Origin: Schmidtea polychroa
Lineage: Eukaryota
Length of the DNA: 64,000 nucleotides
NCBI GenBank assembly: GCA_044892525.1
Contig: CM097887.1
Location: 51,398,001 to 51,462,000, forward strand
Direction of reading: 5' to 3'
The notes below the pieces were generated by a model. That model did not search any database, was not told where the DNA came from, and saw nothing but the letters and a program-made list of their open reading frames with translations. This document shows positions 1-12,800 of this stretch, piece by piece. Both the position numbers and the translations under genes were made by a program. How positions within the stretch are numbered: position 1 is the stretch's first letter; every line of letters begins with the position of its first letter.

Positions 1-1419
1 TATACTTGTTTGGGCTTTTTGAACACGAAAAGAGAGTCGTTATTCGTCAATGAATGGTAACAGCAATGCCACCGTTTTGTTGTTTAAAGAGATCTTTTGA
101 CTTTCCTCTTCATTTTCCAGCATAACATTCTCTCATCTTATGAATTTCATTCTAATCATTTTCACCTGGCAGCCATCTTATATTTTTCTGCAATTTGCCA
201 TCATCCAACACGTTATTATTGGTGGAATCGTTGTCATTATATTTTATGGGCAATACAAGCAGTTTATTGTCATTTGAATTATTACCAAAGGGATTGATTT
301 CTTTGTCACTATTACGAGATCACTTGTTAGGCACCCAATCTTTAGAATCCTCATCACACACCTAAAACAGAATTATTTATATAAAAAACAATTATTTATT
401 TAAACATTAAAGCCAAACTGCTTTGGTAGGAAGTCATTGATATGATTTCCTGTGTTTCCCATATTTCGTTTTCAATTAATTTATTTAATCATCAATTTGA
501 AGTTTAATGAATCAGCAGCTGTAATGAATAATTAATTAAATTACAAACATTTATAATCTTAGTTGATTGTTTGGAACAGTACAATTTTTAAAAAATGACC
601 CTAAAAATAAAATAATGTTAAAATTTCTATTATATGCATTTAATAAATCAAATTATAAGTTGATGTTAATTTATTGTTATAATTATAATTTACGATTATA
701 ATTTATAATACTCGGTGTTATATGGCGCTGCTCTAGTATTTATCGAGAAGATTTTTAAGATTTTCTAAAGTTTATTATTTATTAGTATTATATAAAACAA
801 GGATTTTTCTAGATAAACAATATCTTGAGCAAAAAATTATCTAACACTTATATTATAAAAATATTTCCTTTTAAATATTTAGTATATTATACTCAATTAT
901 AATATTTCATATAATACTTATTAAATACTAAATTAATCAATATACAATTTATTGAATTAGATGATTAAGTTGATTAAATTAAATGTTTAATTTAACTTGA
1001 GCCTTATATTCAGTTTCGCATCAATCTATCTCGTTAATCAATACTTGTGGAAAATTATCTTTTCTGTGACGGATATTTACTAATCTCGAGTTTAGTTATG
1101 TATTTTATCAGAAGTATGCTTAATAGTGATTTTACTAATATAAAATCTAAAATATGCCAATCAAAGAAGTTTCATCGAAAGGTTCCCAAAAGTAAAGATA
1201 AACTCAAATAAAAGCCTTGTTAAAAACATAACCATGTAAGAGAAATAAAGAACCATGTGTAATAAAAAAATAATAATAAAAACCCAATATATAAGTTTTG
1301 ATATATTTATGTGCATGAAAATATAATTCATATACACTTTGAATTAAAAAAAAATAATATTAATAAAACAATCAAAATGTAGGGAAAAAACCTTTTGAAA
1401 TTAAAACTAGAAGATTTAT

Positions 1420-4260
1420 TTATTTACTATTTACTGCTCTCAGCGATAGAAATTTCTAACACACCTGAAGAGTTTGAATCCCACGTGGGTTCTCGTTTAT
1501 TATAATCTTGTTAAGTAGTTGTTGGAAATTCCTGTAATGTTAAATTTTCTTTATGTGGGAAATCGCTTATCAGTTACCGTGTCTTTGGTTTTGCTAGATT
1601 CTTATACATCTCTTTATACTCAGTTATTCAAATTTGCAGTTCGTTCTTTTCGGTCATGGATAAGAAAATGATACTATTCTGCACTTACAGGAAGCATTTG
1701 TTTCTTAGTTACCTGAAGACTTGTTGATGACCGCAATTCCTAAAATTGTGCCATTTCTTTTAACTGCAGATTTTCCTTAACACAGTAAATTCTTTATCCA
1801 AAACACTAAAAGTTTTCCAATTTTCTATAACATAGCATTTATATTATATGATAATATTTTGGAATTGAGTTTCGATCCAAATATTATAGATTTTCATTTT
1901 TTAATTGTTTCAGTAGTTGCTTCATTCATAACTTTGCCCAACATATGTAAAATATTTGGTTCTATCTAGGTAGACTAAATAATTTTTAAATATTCAAAAG
2001 AAATTGGTTTCCTCACCCAATATTTGTTTTATAAATTTTATTATTCGGCTTTAAACTTTGAGATTTTTTAAAATTGTGTTTAAAAAAATAATCTATGCAA
2101 TGAAAGAGTATTTGTTCTTTTTTTGGACCGAATTAATAATCCTCAAAATAAGAGGCCGAGTGTATATTATTATTAATTAATTTTATAAATCTAATTTTTT
2201 TTTAATATATTGCCGTCAGTGGAATAATTGAAATATATAATTGAAATAAATATTTTTTCTTGATTTTCTGATCAGTCCGATTGAATCTTTATTTTACTTC
2301 CTTTGTCTATTCATTATATAAAACACAATTTAAAATTTAAAAATCTCTTAAAATTCTTTTATTATTGCAAACCTATTTTAGGTCTAAAAGTTTCAATTTT
2401 TAAAATCTTCGGAAATTATATTCGAACATACCAATTGGTGTTAAGATTGCTGCCTTTTTTATGTCTTCTTTCCTAATTGGGATTTGATGGTAGGCCTTTT
2501 GGAGGTCTATTTTTGAGAACTTTGATCCTTTTAATCTGTTGATTATGTCTCTTATTATTGGCAGTGGGTAGTTGTCTGGTTCTGTGATCATGTTTAGCAT
2601 TCTGTAGTCGCCACAATCTCTCCATTCCCCATTTGCATTTTATTTGAGCATTAGGGCGAAAGACCATTCTGAGTTTGAATTGGTTACTATTTTGTTGTCA
2701 AGTAGTTCTTTGAAAATTTCTTTTGTGATCTTTGTTTTTGTGGGTCCAGTTGTCTAACTTTTGATTGTACTGTATTCGCAATTATTATGATTGCGTATTC
2801 GGTTGGGTTGGGTTGTCCGAATTATCTTCGAATTTTACTGGTTCGATTAATTTGTTGAATTTTTTTAGTAGTGGAGTTATTTCGGGACCGTGATTGGTTA
2901 TTTTGTTTTTATTGATTGGGTTCGTTTGGATTACTCCAATGTCAATTTGTGTGCAGTAATTTGTTGTTGATTGATTTGTTTTCGTTTTTGCGATGGGGTT
3001 TTCAACTATGTCTTTATTTCTGCAGTCTACTAGTAAATAGTAGTGTGGTAAGAAATCAGCACCGATTATTGGTTGTTGGGGTGTTACATTTGTATTCTTT
3101 ATTCCCGAATTTGTGTTGGAAGTAGCAGATCTCTTCCTTACTTTTGTCCGTATTGTTGTACGAGGCTTTGTTTTTCGGTGTCGTGAATCTGATCGATTTA
3201 TGTTGTGGCGGTTTGGTGAATGGTTGTAGTTTTGGCTTCGGCATTTTTCTTTTATTTCAGTGGGTTCACGTTTAATTTGTTTGTTTTCGATTATTACTTC
3301 ATCGAATTTGCTGATCAGTGTACTCATGAGGCTAGTTGTGATTTTGTTTGTTTCGTGGTTTTTGTTCTTGTTGTTTACTGCTTGGTCGTTATGGTACGAT
3401 TGGTTTTTGTACTGTTTTTGGGTCCTATAGATTGTAGGGTTGATTTCTTCGTTAGATTGGTTCGCTATTTCCGCTAATGTTTTAATATCTGATTTGTATG
3501 CGGCTAGAATTAGTCGTATTTCTTGTGGTATAGCGCGCATGAATAGTTCTTTAACTGAACTGGTGATGTTTGGTTCTAGTTGTTCCAGTTTGTGTTTTAA
3601 TTGTCTGAGGAAATCGGAATGTTTGTTATTCCCCTATTGTGTGTTGTTTAAGCAGGACTCGAGTATTTGTCTATTGTTTATTTTGTTTTTTGATATTAGT
3701 AACTGACATAGATTGTTGTATGGGCCCTCACTTTTTGAGATTTCATCTATTTGATCTGCTATTTCATTGAGTTTATTGCTGGGTAGTGCTGCTATTATGC
3801 TTGAACACAGGGTTTTTGTTGACTCTAAACCTGATAAAGTTAGTGTTAAAGTTAGTTTTGCGAAGTCTATCCATTTTTGAGGTGTTCCATTTTCGTCGTT
3901 GAAATAGTTAGGTTTAAGGCTTATTATTGAATTTATAGAAAAGGGTTTAGATAGTGGGTTGAATTGAGGGTTAGAGTTGTCGTTCGTTAGTGGGGTGTTT
4001 TCTTCGTTTATGCCTGTGAATCTTTTAAATATTCGGACGCCTTCCTGCCGAAAAGGGTTGTTTTTGCTTGTTTGCATTAATTAATTATGCTTGTTTGTTT
4101 GTTCTCTGAAAAAAGAATTAGTTTAGTTAAGGATATGGCTTTCTGTGTTTAGCCAAAAGTGCCACAATTCTTTATACCTCTATTAGGTATGTTAAAAGAA
4201 AAAGTGGTTGAAGAAAAAATTTTCGCGAGTGTGTTATGTATTTTTGTTCCTGACACCAGT
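1420..4260 (-). mobile_element. Decayed Ty3/gypsy LTR retrotransposon (gag-protease-RT, integrase remnants)
   Basis: Minus-strand frames in gag-PR-RT order: gag 3634-4077 and 2785-3540 (IPQEIRLILAAYKSDIKTLAEIAN; knuckle-like CYFQHKFGNKEYKC), protease remnant PIIGADFL, RT GEWRDCGDYRMLN...PDNYPLP...FSKIDLQKAYHQIP...TPIGMFEY (2400-2640). Many stops and frameshifts. PBS-like TGGTGTCAGG at 4259-4250. Confidence 0.85.
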
Positions 4261-4899
4261 TATGTTAAGTGCTATAATTGTTATAGTATGAAGAGGAATT
4301 TGTAGTACCCAGCAGAGTCAACTTTAAAATCTGTATTGGGACTGATGGGGTGAGTTTGAGTAAATTAATATTTTAATATAGGATAAGGTTTTAACAAAAT
4401 TATAAAATTTTAACAACTTTTATTAAATTAAAAAATAATAATACCCACTTTGTAAGATACTATTATACCAAGATCTTCAACGTTGACTTTGCTTTGAACA
4501 CAAACTGATTTCCAAGATATTTTCAATTTTCTTAAATTTCCAAGGATATTCAATTTTCGGTATTTTATTTTTAGTAGTTAAAGTAGTTTTTGTTTTATTG
4601 ATTTTTTTATTTTTATGTCAAATTTGATTCATTTGCGTAATATATAATATAATAATTTTCAAAACACCTGGTTTTTAGTACGTGCAATTTCCGATTAATT
4701 TATAAATTTCTTAGTTCATTTTTATTTTTCAATTTACAAACATAAAAAATAACATACAACACAACTGTTTTCGAACCTAAGCCTGTCTTTGCAAACAGTA
4801 TGTCTTCGAATTAATGACATTTCAAATGAAATTATTTTAAAACTGCGCGACAGAATTCGAGATTTCAATTATTTTTCCTTGGCATTTAATCACATTAAA

Positions 4900-5756
4900 A
4901 TATTTCAAAAGTAATTGTTGTTATTTGAATCGCAATTAAAAAGTAACAACGCTCATCACTTTCCATTGTTGAATGAATTTAAGAAATCAAGTGTAACATA
5001 TACATCAAATATGCAAAAGAGATAAGAAAACTTACAGCTGATTTTGAAAGCCGATACTGTAATTTAGAGTTAGAACACAAATTTTGATATAGATATTTAT
5101 CTCGTTTTCGTGTTAAAATCGAGTTGGCCTCAGAATTTCTCCAAATGGAACTGATTGATTTAGAGTACAATTTTGAATTAAAACACATTTTTGAAACATC
5201 AGAATCAAAATAGATTTTTATAACACTTGCGTCACAAGAGAAAATTTCCAATTTGATAAATCTGGCGCCTTTGATTCAACTTACAGCTGCTAATCGTTTT
5301 GTCGAAAAAATGAAATTGACTAAACACAAAACAAGCTTAAGCATAACGGACCATAACCTGCAACACAAATTACGATATGCAAATACCAAAATTGAGATCG
5401 ATTTGCAAAAGCTAAGTGAAGGAGTGGAGAAATAAATATTGCACCTGTAAAATAAATACTTTTTAATGATTTAATTTTTTTATTTCATTTATTTTTATAT
5501 ATATTTATTCAATTTTAAGTGTTATATATTTATTTACAAGTATCATTAGTATCATTAATATTATATCATCTATGTTTACATGTAAGAATAATAGTAAACA
5601 CAATAATATTAACTCATTATGTTTCAATTTTTCACTCCAAAAATGTCTATAGTGTATCTAAATCTAATTTGGGGATATATAATTTTATATGTGACTGGCG
5701 GAGTTATGATGCATTTCCAAAGTAGCCCGCAAGATCATTTGGGTTGACCAACCCTG
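4900..5756 (+). mobile_element. hAT (SPIN/GTF2IRD2-like) transposase C-terminal relic with right end
   Basis: Fragments ELASEFLQMELIDLEYN and KMKLTKHK..SITDHNLQHKLRYANTKIEIDL resemble the hAT dimerisation region. Ends in GGGTTGACCAACCCTG (hAT-type CAGGG terminus in reverse) at 5756. Confidence 0.65.
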
Positions 5757-7306
5757 ATTTATATAATATAAATATATAGATTTTCTTAAATTATTTTAAA
5801 CAAGCTAATGTTGAATTTTTGCTTTCCATACTTATGATTCGCAACTCATTAAACAAATTTTGCTTTACACACTAAACTTTTAACTCCTTCAAGTATCTAC
5901 TACAGTTAATCGGATTGACACTCAATAAACACGGATACTTCATGAGTCAAAATTTGGGTATAAACACACGATTTATCCAAAATTTAATGAGTTCGCACCA
6001 AATTTGGTAGTTTTGGTTTTAATGATGTGAATTTTACTATCCGAACATTCATTCCAACACACATACATTATTATTTTTATATAAGATTACCATTTTAACA
6101 GAATAAATCTTATCGAAAACTTTGTTTTAATTATTTTTTCAAGAAAATGGTAAATTACTTGAAATCAAAATGTTTGAAAATACTGACAACAGAAAAGCAT
6201 AATCAAAATAAGAGTATTGGTTTTGCAGTAGTTTTAATTCGATCGTCATCTATTTGGATTTGAAGATTTAAATGCGTTCAATGTATTTCATAACCCATAT
6301 CTTGCCGGTGATTGACATATGTCTGCATCGTACAAATTTTCACTGGTCACATCCACTTTGACATCTCATTTGAGCCGACAAACATTGTTAATTTTTCTCA
6401 ATGAATTAAAGAATAATTTTATCCAAAGCAATAAATCTGTCTAACAATTGTATTTTTCAAATTAGAATTGAATACTTTGGCTTGATGGAATAAATTGACG
6501 AGGAGTCGAATTTTACAATACCAGCCCAGCGAATAGAGTTCGGTTTATTTTAAGATCCGATAAAAGTTTTTTGTACCAAACACCAAAATGTAACATTCAA
6601 AACAAATCTGAGAACTGATCCTTATTTTTATTCTTGCTCTTATTTTGACACTATTCGAAAAAAGCGGTCTATTAAAGTTTTTACAAAATCATAAAAATGG
6701 CTATTTTTGTATTTAGGTTTTCCATATTATAAATAGTTCTAAAATATTCGTAGAATTTTATTCACGGCACATTAATTTAATCCATTTAGGACCGGCAACT
6801 CACAATGCGTTTGTTCCGTTTTAGCAGCAATATGTAAAATAACTAGTTAATGAATATGCACAATGAAAAATGATTTGAAGTTAAATTTATAAAATCATTA
6901 TTCGTTAATCCAAGTTAAAAAATCTGTCAGGACCCTACGTCGTCTTAAAAAAAATTGTAGTGGGACTCGATGTATATCTATATTTAGTATGATTACATGC
7001 AAATGTTTCTCAATAAAAAACGATTATTGAACAAATTTAAATCCAAATTTAAATAAAGCATACTTTGAATTCGTAATTTCAGGATTTTATCTTTGGTTGA
7101 ATTTTCCCAGAGTTTTTATTCCTTTCAAAACTTTATTCTCAGCTGATTTCAGTTTTTTATTTGCTAAGACCATTTTGTCTAATTTCTATCTTTGATTTCG
7201 TTCAATAAATTTCTGGGTGCAATTGATTCGTTGGATTTCCATAATTACCAAATTCTTCATAGTTAAATGCTCGAATATATCTGGAAGATCTAACAATTAT
7301 TATTAA

Positions 7307-7548
7307 CCTCTTAAGTGGTTTATTTCGTCAAACGAAATGTGCTCCTCTGCTGCTAGTTTTGTTATCCGCTAGCGTATATATACGTCTTGGGCATAGTGTT
7401 ACAAAAAATTAAATAATATCTTATTGAATGATATTTATTAAGATAATATGTTAACAAAAGAAATATTTATGATATATTTTTATTCGTCTTAAGCGTTTTG
7501 TAATGCATATGTTGATGACGTATATAACCGTCATAGCCACTTAAGAGG
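7307..7548. mobile_element. piggyBac-type MITE (242 bp)
   Basis: Perfect 12-bp TIR CCTCTTAAGTGG / CCACTTAAGAGG flanked by TTAA on both sides (7303-7306, 7549-7552). Confidence 0.85.
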
Positions 7549-8016
7549 TTAATATTATTTATCCAAATACTGTTTTTCGAAAAATGGAGTTGTGAAAAGT
7601 AGTGAAAAGATCAATAATAAAATTAGGAATCTTAAGATAAACACTTCAATCAATTTCCTCATGGATGATGATAATAAATGGTGATTTTTCTGATTTCAGT
7701 TCCGAATATAAATTAAAAGTTGTTTAATTTTCAATAAAATAGACAGCCATTTAATGTTTAATAAACTCAATTTAGGTGTCAACAATATTCAATTTTCAAA
7801 ATACATAACAATCAACTTTTAAATAATTTCCACAATATTTCTTGAATAATCTAGTTTTTAAATCATATTTTTTGCTTTTCTATTAACTTTCATTGTTTTT
7901 TAAATTTTCTTAAATGTCAGTTTCAATTAGTTTTTTTCAAACTTTTCGTTTTATTTATTTTGTAAAATTACAATAAATTTTTAACACTAAATTTTCAAAA
8001 TTTATTATCTATCAAT

Positions 8017-8383
8017 CAGTGGCGTAGCTAGGAGCACTTGGCGCTCGGGGACAGTGATATTTTTGGCGCCCTGGGCTTACTATAAAAAATTTTTTGTGAT
8101 ATTAAAATAGACATATGTAAAAACGCCAAATATAAAATGCATATTATTAAATTCTAAAATAATATTTTAAAAAAATATAAAATATAAAATATAAAAATAT
8201 AACAAAACTAGAAAAAAACTGGAAAACAGAAAAATAAAATCCCTTTTTCATCGTTTATTTTAAAAAATTTTCAATGCTTGGCTATATTTATATATTTTAT
8301 ATATATTGCGTTCAATCCGGCGCCCCAAAAATTGTGGCGCCGGGGCAACTGTCACCCCTCGCCCTCACCTCGCTACGCCACTG
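8017..8383. mobile_element. hAT-type MITE (367 bp)
   Basis: TIR CAGTGGCGTAGC / GCTACGCCACTG with a perfect 8-bp TSD CTATCAAT (8009-8016, 8384-8391). Confidence 0.92.
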
Positions 8384-9818
8384 CTATCAATAAATGAGAT
8401 TGCTGGTTATTGTATCGTATAGAAAAAATATGAATTCGATAGTAAAATTAATTTTATTTAAAAAGGCATTATTCGATTTAGTCGTCTGATTATAATTCTG
8501 AAAGGATTTAAGGTTTTGATAACAATTATTGCTTGAAATTTAATAAATTTTTCACTTTTTGCCAACCTTTTGTCAATATTGATTGTGAATATTGATTGAA
8601 TTTCAAAGTTTTATCTGTAAATATTAATTTTTAATTGTGTTTTTCGTATTCGTCTAAAATCATTGATTTTATATGCTTAATCAATATTTGACTTTGAATT
8701 TGAGTTAATTGTATTTGAATTCTGGAGAACATAAAGGATATTTCTTCGGTTTAAAGTCGAAATTCTCTAGATATTCTATATATCTAAGTCAAACAAATAA
8801 TTGGGCTATTTTTTATTTGATTTTTTTTATTGGATGACCGGTGAACCGATTTTTTCATAACATCAATTTTCATAAATAAATGATAATTTACGATAATAAG
8901 TAAAATATATTTTTTCATTCAAATTTATCAGTGTTTTGACAGTATTTTATCCTACATACAAAATTTCATGATTAATTCTATTATTGATTTTCGGCTGAAT
9001 TGAAAAACATGTTGAAAATTTAATTTTACTAATAATAGATTCTCAATAAATTTCATTTTAATGCATATATGGCATTATGAATTTCTTTTAATTTTGAAAA
9101 CATTTTAAAACATCTATTTTTATAAATATTGTTGAGTTCTATTAACTTAATTCTACGGATTGTTAACACCTATTAACGAATTTATTTTTTATTATTTGAA
9201 TTTGTTAACATTGATGTGACCAATCATTGCCTAAATTTTAGTAAATTTTAAGACTTTAAAATGTATAATATTTAAAATCTGTCATATAACGATTTAGTAA
9301 GTAATAGGCAAATATAACCTATATAAATCGATAGATACAATCAGAAACTTAATGTGAGTTCTAAAGTACTCAAAACCTTTTAACACATTAGATTCCAGTA
9401 ATTAATGTTGGTGTTGAAATGTCCACTTATGTAAATAATGTAAATAGAATAAACGTCAATTAGAGATTCAAAATTTTGTAAAAAACAGTTTATTTGGAAG
9501 AATAATTAACCGGTTATCGAGTAGTAATAAATCTGCTCAAATAACCAATTCACTGGTTCGATAATAACTGTGTTGACATCTCTAATTGTTATTAAATATA
9601 TTTAATGTATATATCATAATAAATAGGACATAACATATCATTGCTACAAATTTCTAAATATTTTGTTAAATTACTACAGGAACTCCGAAACTCTTTTTAA
9701 AGATTTTATACTTTCAAATTAAAAATTTCTCTAATATCAACGTAATTATGAAATTCTCAAGATCAAACTTTTAACTGAATTCATTTTAATTGAATTCATA
9801 CTTTTTTCCTATTTTTAG

Positions 9819-12800
9819 AGACATATAGACAAAACTTTGGTTACTTGTATAAAATGGGTTCCAACTACACCAAATCAATTTCTAGTGAGTCATGCTAGTG
9901 GATATTTGTATCTCTATAATGAAGATTTACCTTGTGGTGCTTTAGCTCCTACTTATCAGGTTTTCAAACAAGGATGCAAATATTGTATATATACATGTAA
10001 AACTAAGTCTACCAGAAATCCCTTATATCGATGGGAATTTGAATCACCTGAATATTCATCTAGCTCATATGGAATAGAAAAATATGTAAATAATTACAGT
10101 GGATTATCACATAGCGTGTCGTCATTACTTAGTAGTAGTAGGTATTGTGCCATAAACGAATTTGCATTTTCTCCTTCTGGTCAGTGGTTAGCAATAGCAA
10201 GTCAAGATGGTTTTTTGAGAATTTTCGATTATCACAAAATGGAACTTCAGGTAAGCGAGATATTTAAGATTTTTGTAAAACATTAATGATTATTTATATA
10301 TTGTTTGCATATTATTTATAATTATTAAGTGAATATCTATTTCCCGCAAATAGGCTTTTAAAATATGCGAGTGGAAATTAATTACTGTCCAACCAAATTT
10401 GATGACTTTTTACGAAAAAAGATTCATTTGTATACTGTTAATTCTGGGGCACAAAATTCGATTTTGAATTTTATATTAACGTTTAACGTGTATATTTTGA
10501 TTAAACATTGTTTTTATTTTATGAAATGTGTTATATTTACAATTGAATATGTACATGTAATGTAAAGTAGGATATTAACATTTAGTTAAAGTAAGAAAAT
10601 GATGAATGTATATAAAATGGCTGTAAATTTCAAAAAGGTTTTATCACAATTGATCTGAGAAGCAATGCATGTGAGGACTTTCATTTACAACGACTTTCCA
10701 TATCACATGTTTTCATGGGAAAAAATTAATATAAGAATGAGTTTCATAGTTCATTAAATTCTTGAGCAGAGATTCAAAATTTGCATCTATATGTAGTCTA
10801 AGAAAATCAAATAAAAACAATTTGAAAAAACAGCCATGCTAATTTTTTAATCAAAGTGCTGATCGAGAAGCAGTCGCATCAATTGTGGTCCACTGAAAAA
10901 ACCTTCTGTTACTTTCGCAGAATTCAGTTTGAAGAATTTTGTCTTCAAAAACTTCATTATAATATTTGTCAAGTGCTATCATAAACTGTTTAATCAGTCC
11001 TAATTTTATATGCAAAGGTGTCAATATAATCCTGTTTGGTGAAAAAGTGATTGATTCGCAACATTCTTTAGTCCAATTGTAAATTCATCACACATAGGCC
11101 CTTCCTTGTCTTTGTAGTTGCTATGTCTTACTTGTGAATTCCAAAGGGATGGGAAACAACAAAAATTTGTATTTCCTGCTTGTAGTTCAGTTAGGATAGC
11201 CACGACTGATGCTTATATTGTATGGCATTCAGAATGTCTTTCAGATTTTTGTATTTTTACCGAATGACAACTAGATATGTAAAAGGCACAGATGTTAACT
11301 GATTGCCAACAAGTTCTATACAGCTGTTACACTAGATTCTGAGGCATTAATAAAAGATGCCATTCAGTTGAGTTATATTCCTGTTCAAAGAATTTCGATA
11401 AACCATCAATTTGTCATAAAATAACTTGTGGAAATGGCTTGTGGGAAGAAATCAGAAAAGTGCAATTCTCATAAATACCACTCGTTGAAGACGCAAAAAA
11501 TTGGATTTACGAAAATTTTGTAAAACTATGGTAAATACATGCAATACACTGCGTCTAAATAATATTGCTGGACTGCATTACTTAAGACAAAAAAATAAAC
11601 ATAATTTGAGTGAAATTTCGTCTTTATAGATATTTTTAGAACAACCAAAAATCTTTCTAAATCCGAAATGATTTGGATAAAAACCAATTATATCGATATT
11701 TATTGATTATTCAACAGTGTGTATCTTAAAATTAAGGAGTGGTATAAAGTTTTAAAGATTTTATTGATAATTGAGACTTGATTTACATGAATCAATGCAA
11801 GACATTTCTTTGATTTTTCAGATCTAAGGTAGACCAGGAAAGTACATTTTTAAAAAAATGTGGTAAAGAAGAACTGTTCTCCACAAAACAGAACAATTAG
11901 CTAGTTTGTGATATTTCAAAATTATTTAAAATAAGAACAAACGATAATATCAAAGTGAAAAAATGGTTCCAATACTGAAACTTCTCTCGAGGTAATGATT
12001 ATGTGTTCACACTGTAAAGAAAGAAACAATTGAATGTTGGGTTATGGTTACACGAGAATATATGACGTGGTAAAGCGATTCCTTTATAAAAAATGTAGTA
12101 CCAATCAATAAGAGCGCCTGAGAATACATTCATTCGAATAAAAAATAATAATCAACTTCTAAAAAATAGTTTAATTTATGTTGAAAATTTTGCAATTTCA
12201 TTTTTCGTAACATAAATGACAGTTATTTCCTCATCGGACCTTGTCATAATTATTAGCAAAAGGAAAATATTCGAAAAGTGCTATTTCAGTTTGTAAACAA
12301 AATAATACGTTTGTAACACGTAATTCGCATTTTTTGAATTTGTTTTAATAAATAGAAATTATCAGAATGATAATCTAATATCAAAAGATTTTGTGTGTAT
12401 ACCACTAGTGAGGATACTCAATGAAATTTATCTCCATTTACCAGCAATTGCACAAATTGAGTTGAAAAGCGGACTTTAGACAAAGTTATTTTTTTCCAGG
12501 AAAAGTTATTGAAAAATAAATGGAATGTTTCAATTTGGATTTCGACAATACTTTGGACATTATCGTAAGATATACTAACTTTGAAGGTATTTTCACTCTT
12601 GAAATGAACCAAGCTGGAAGGAGCTAATAGACAACAACTAACTAACAGAAAATCGAATATTTGGGATTTTTGGACACGCTTTTGGAGATGCAATTTTTCA
12701 GACAACAATTAACAGAAACCGTTTCAAACTTATTTAACGGTTTCTTAGATTTGATTAAAATATAACCAGGCCTGAACATCAATCAACAGACAAGCTAGTG

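Noticed and set aside
1-330. Minus-strand frame with faint piggyBac-like wording; similar hints at 6200-6700
   Set aside because: Too degenerate; no catalytic motif can be read with confidence.
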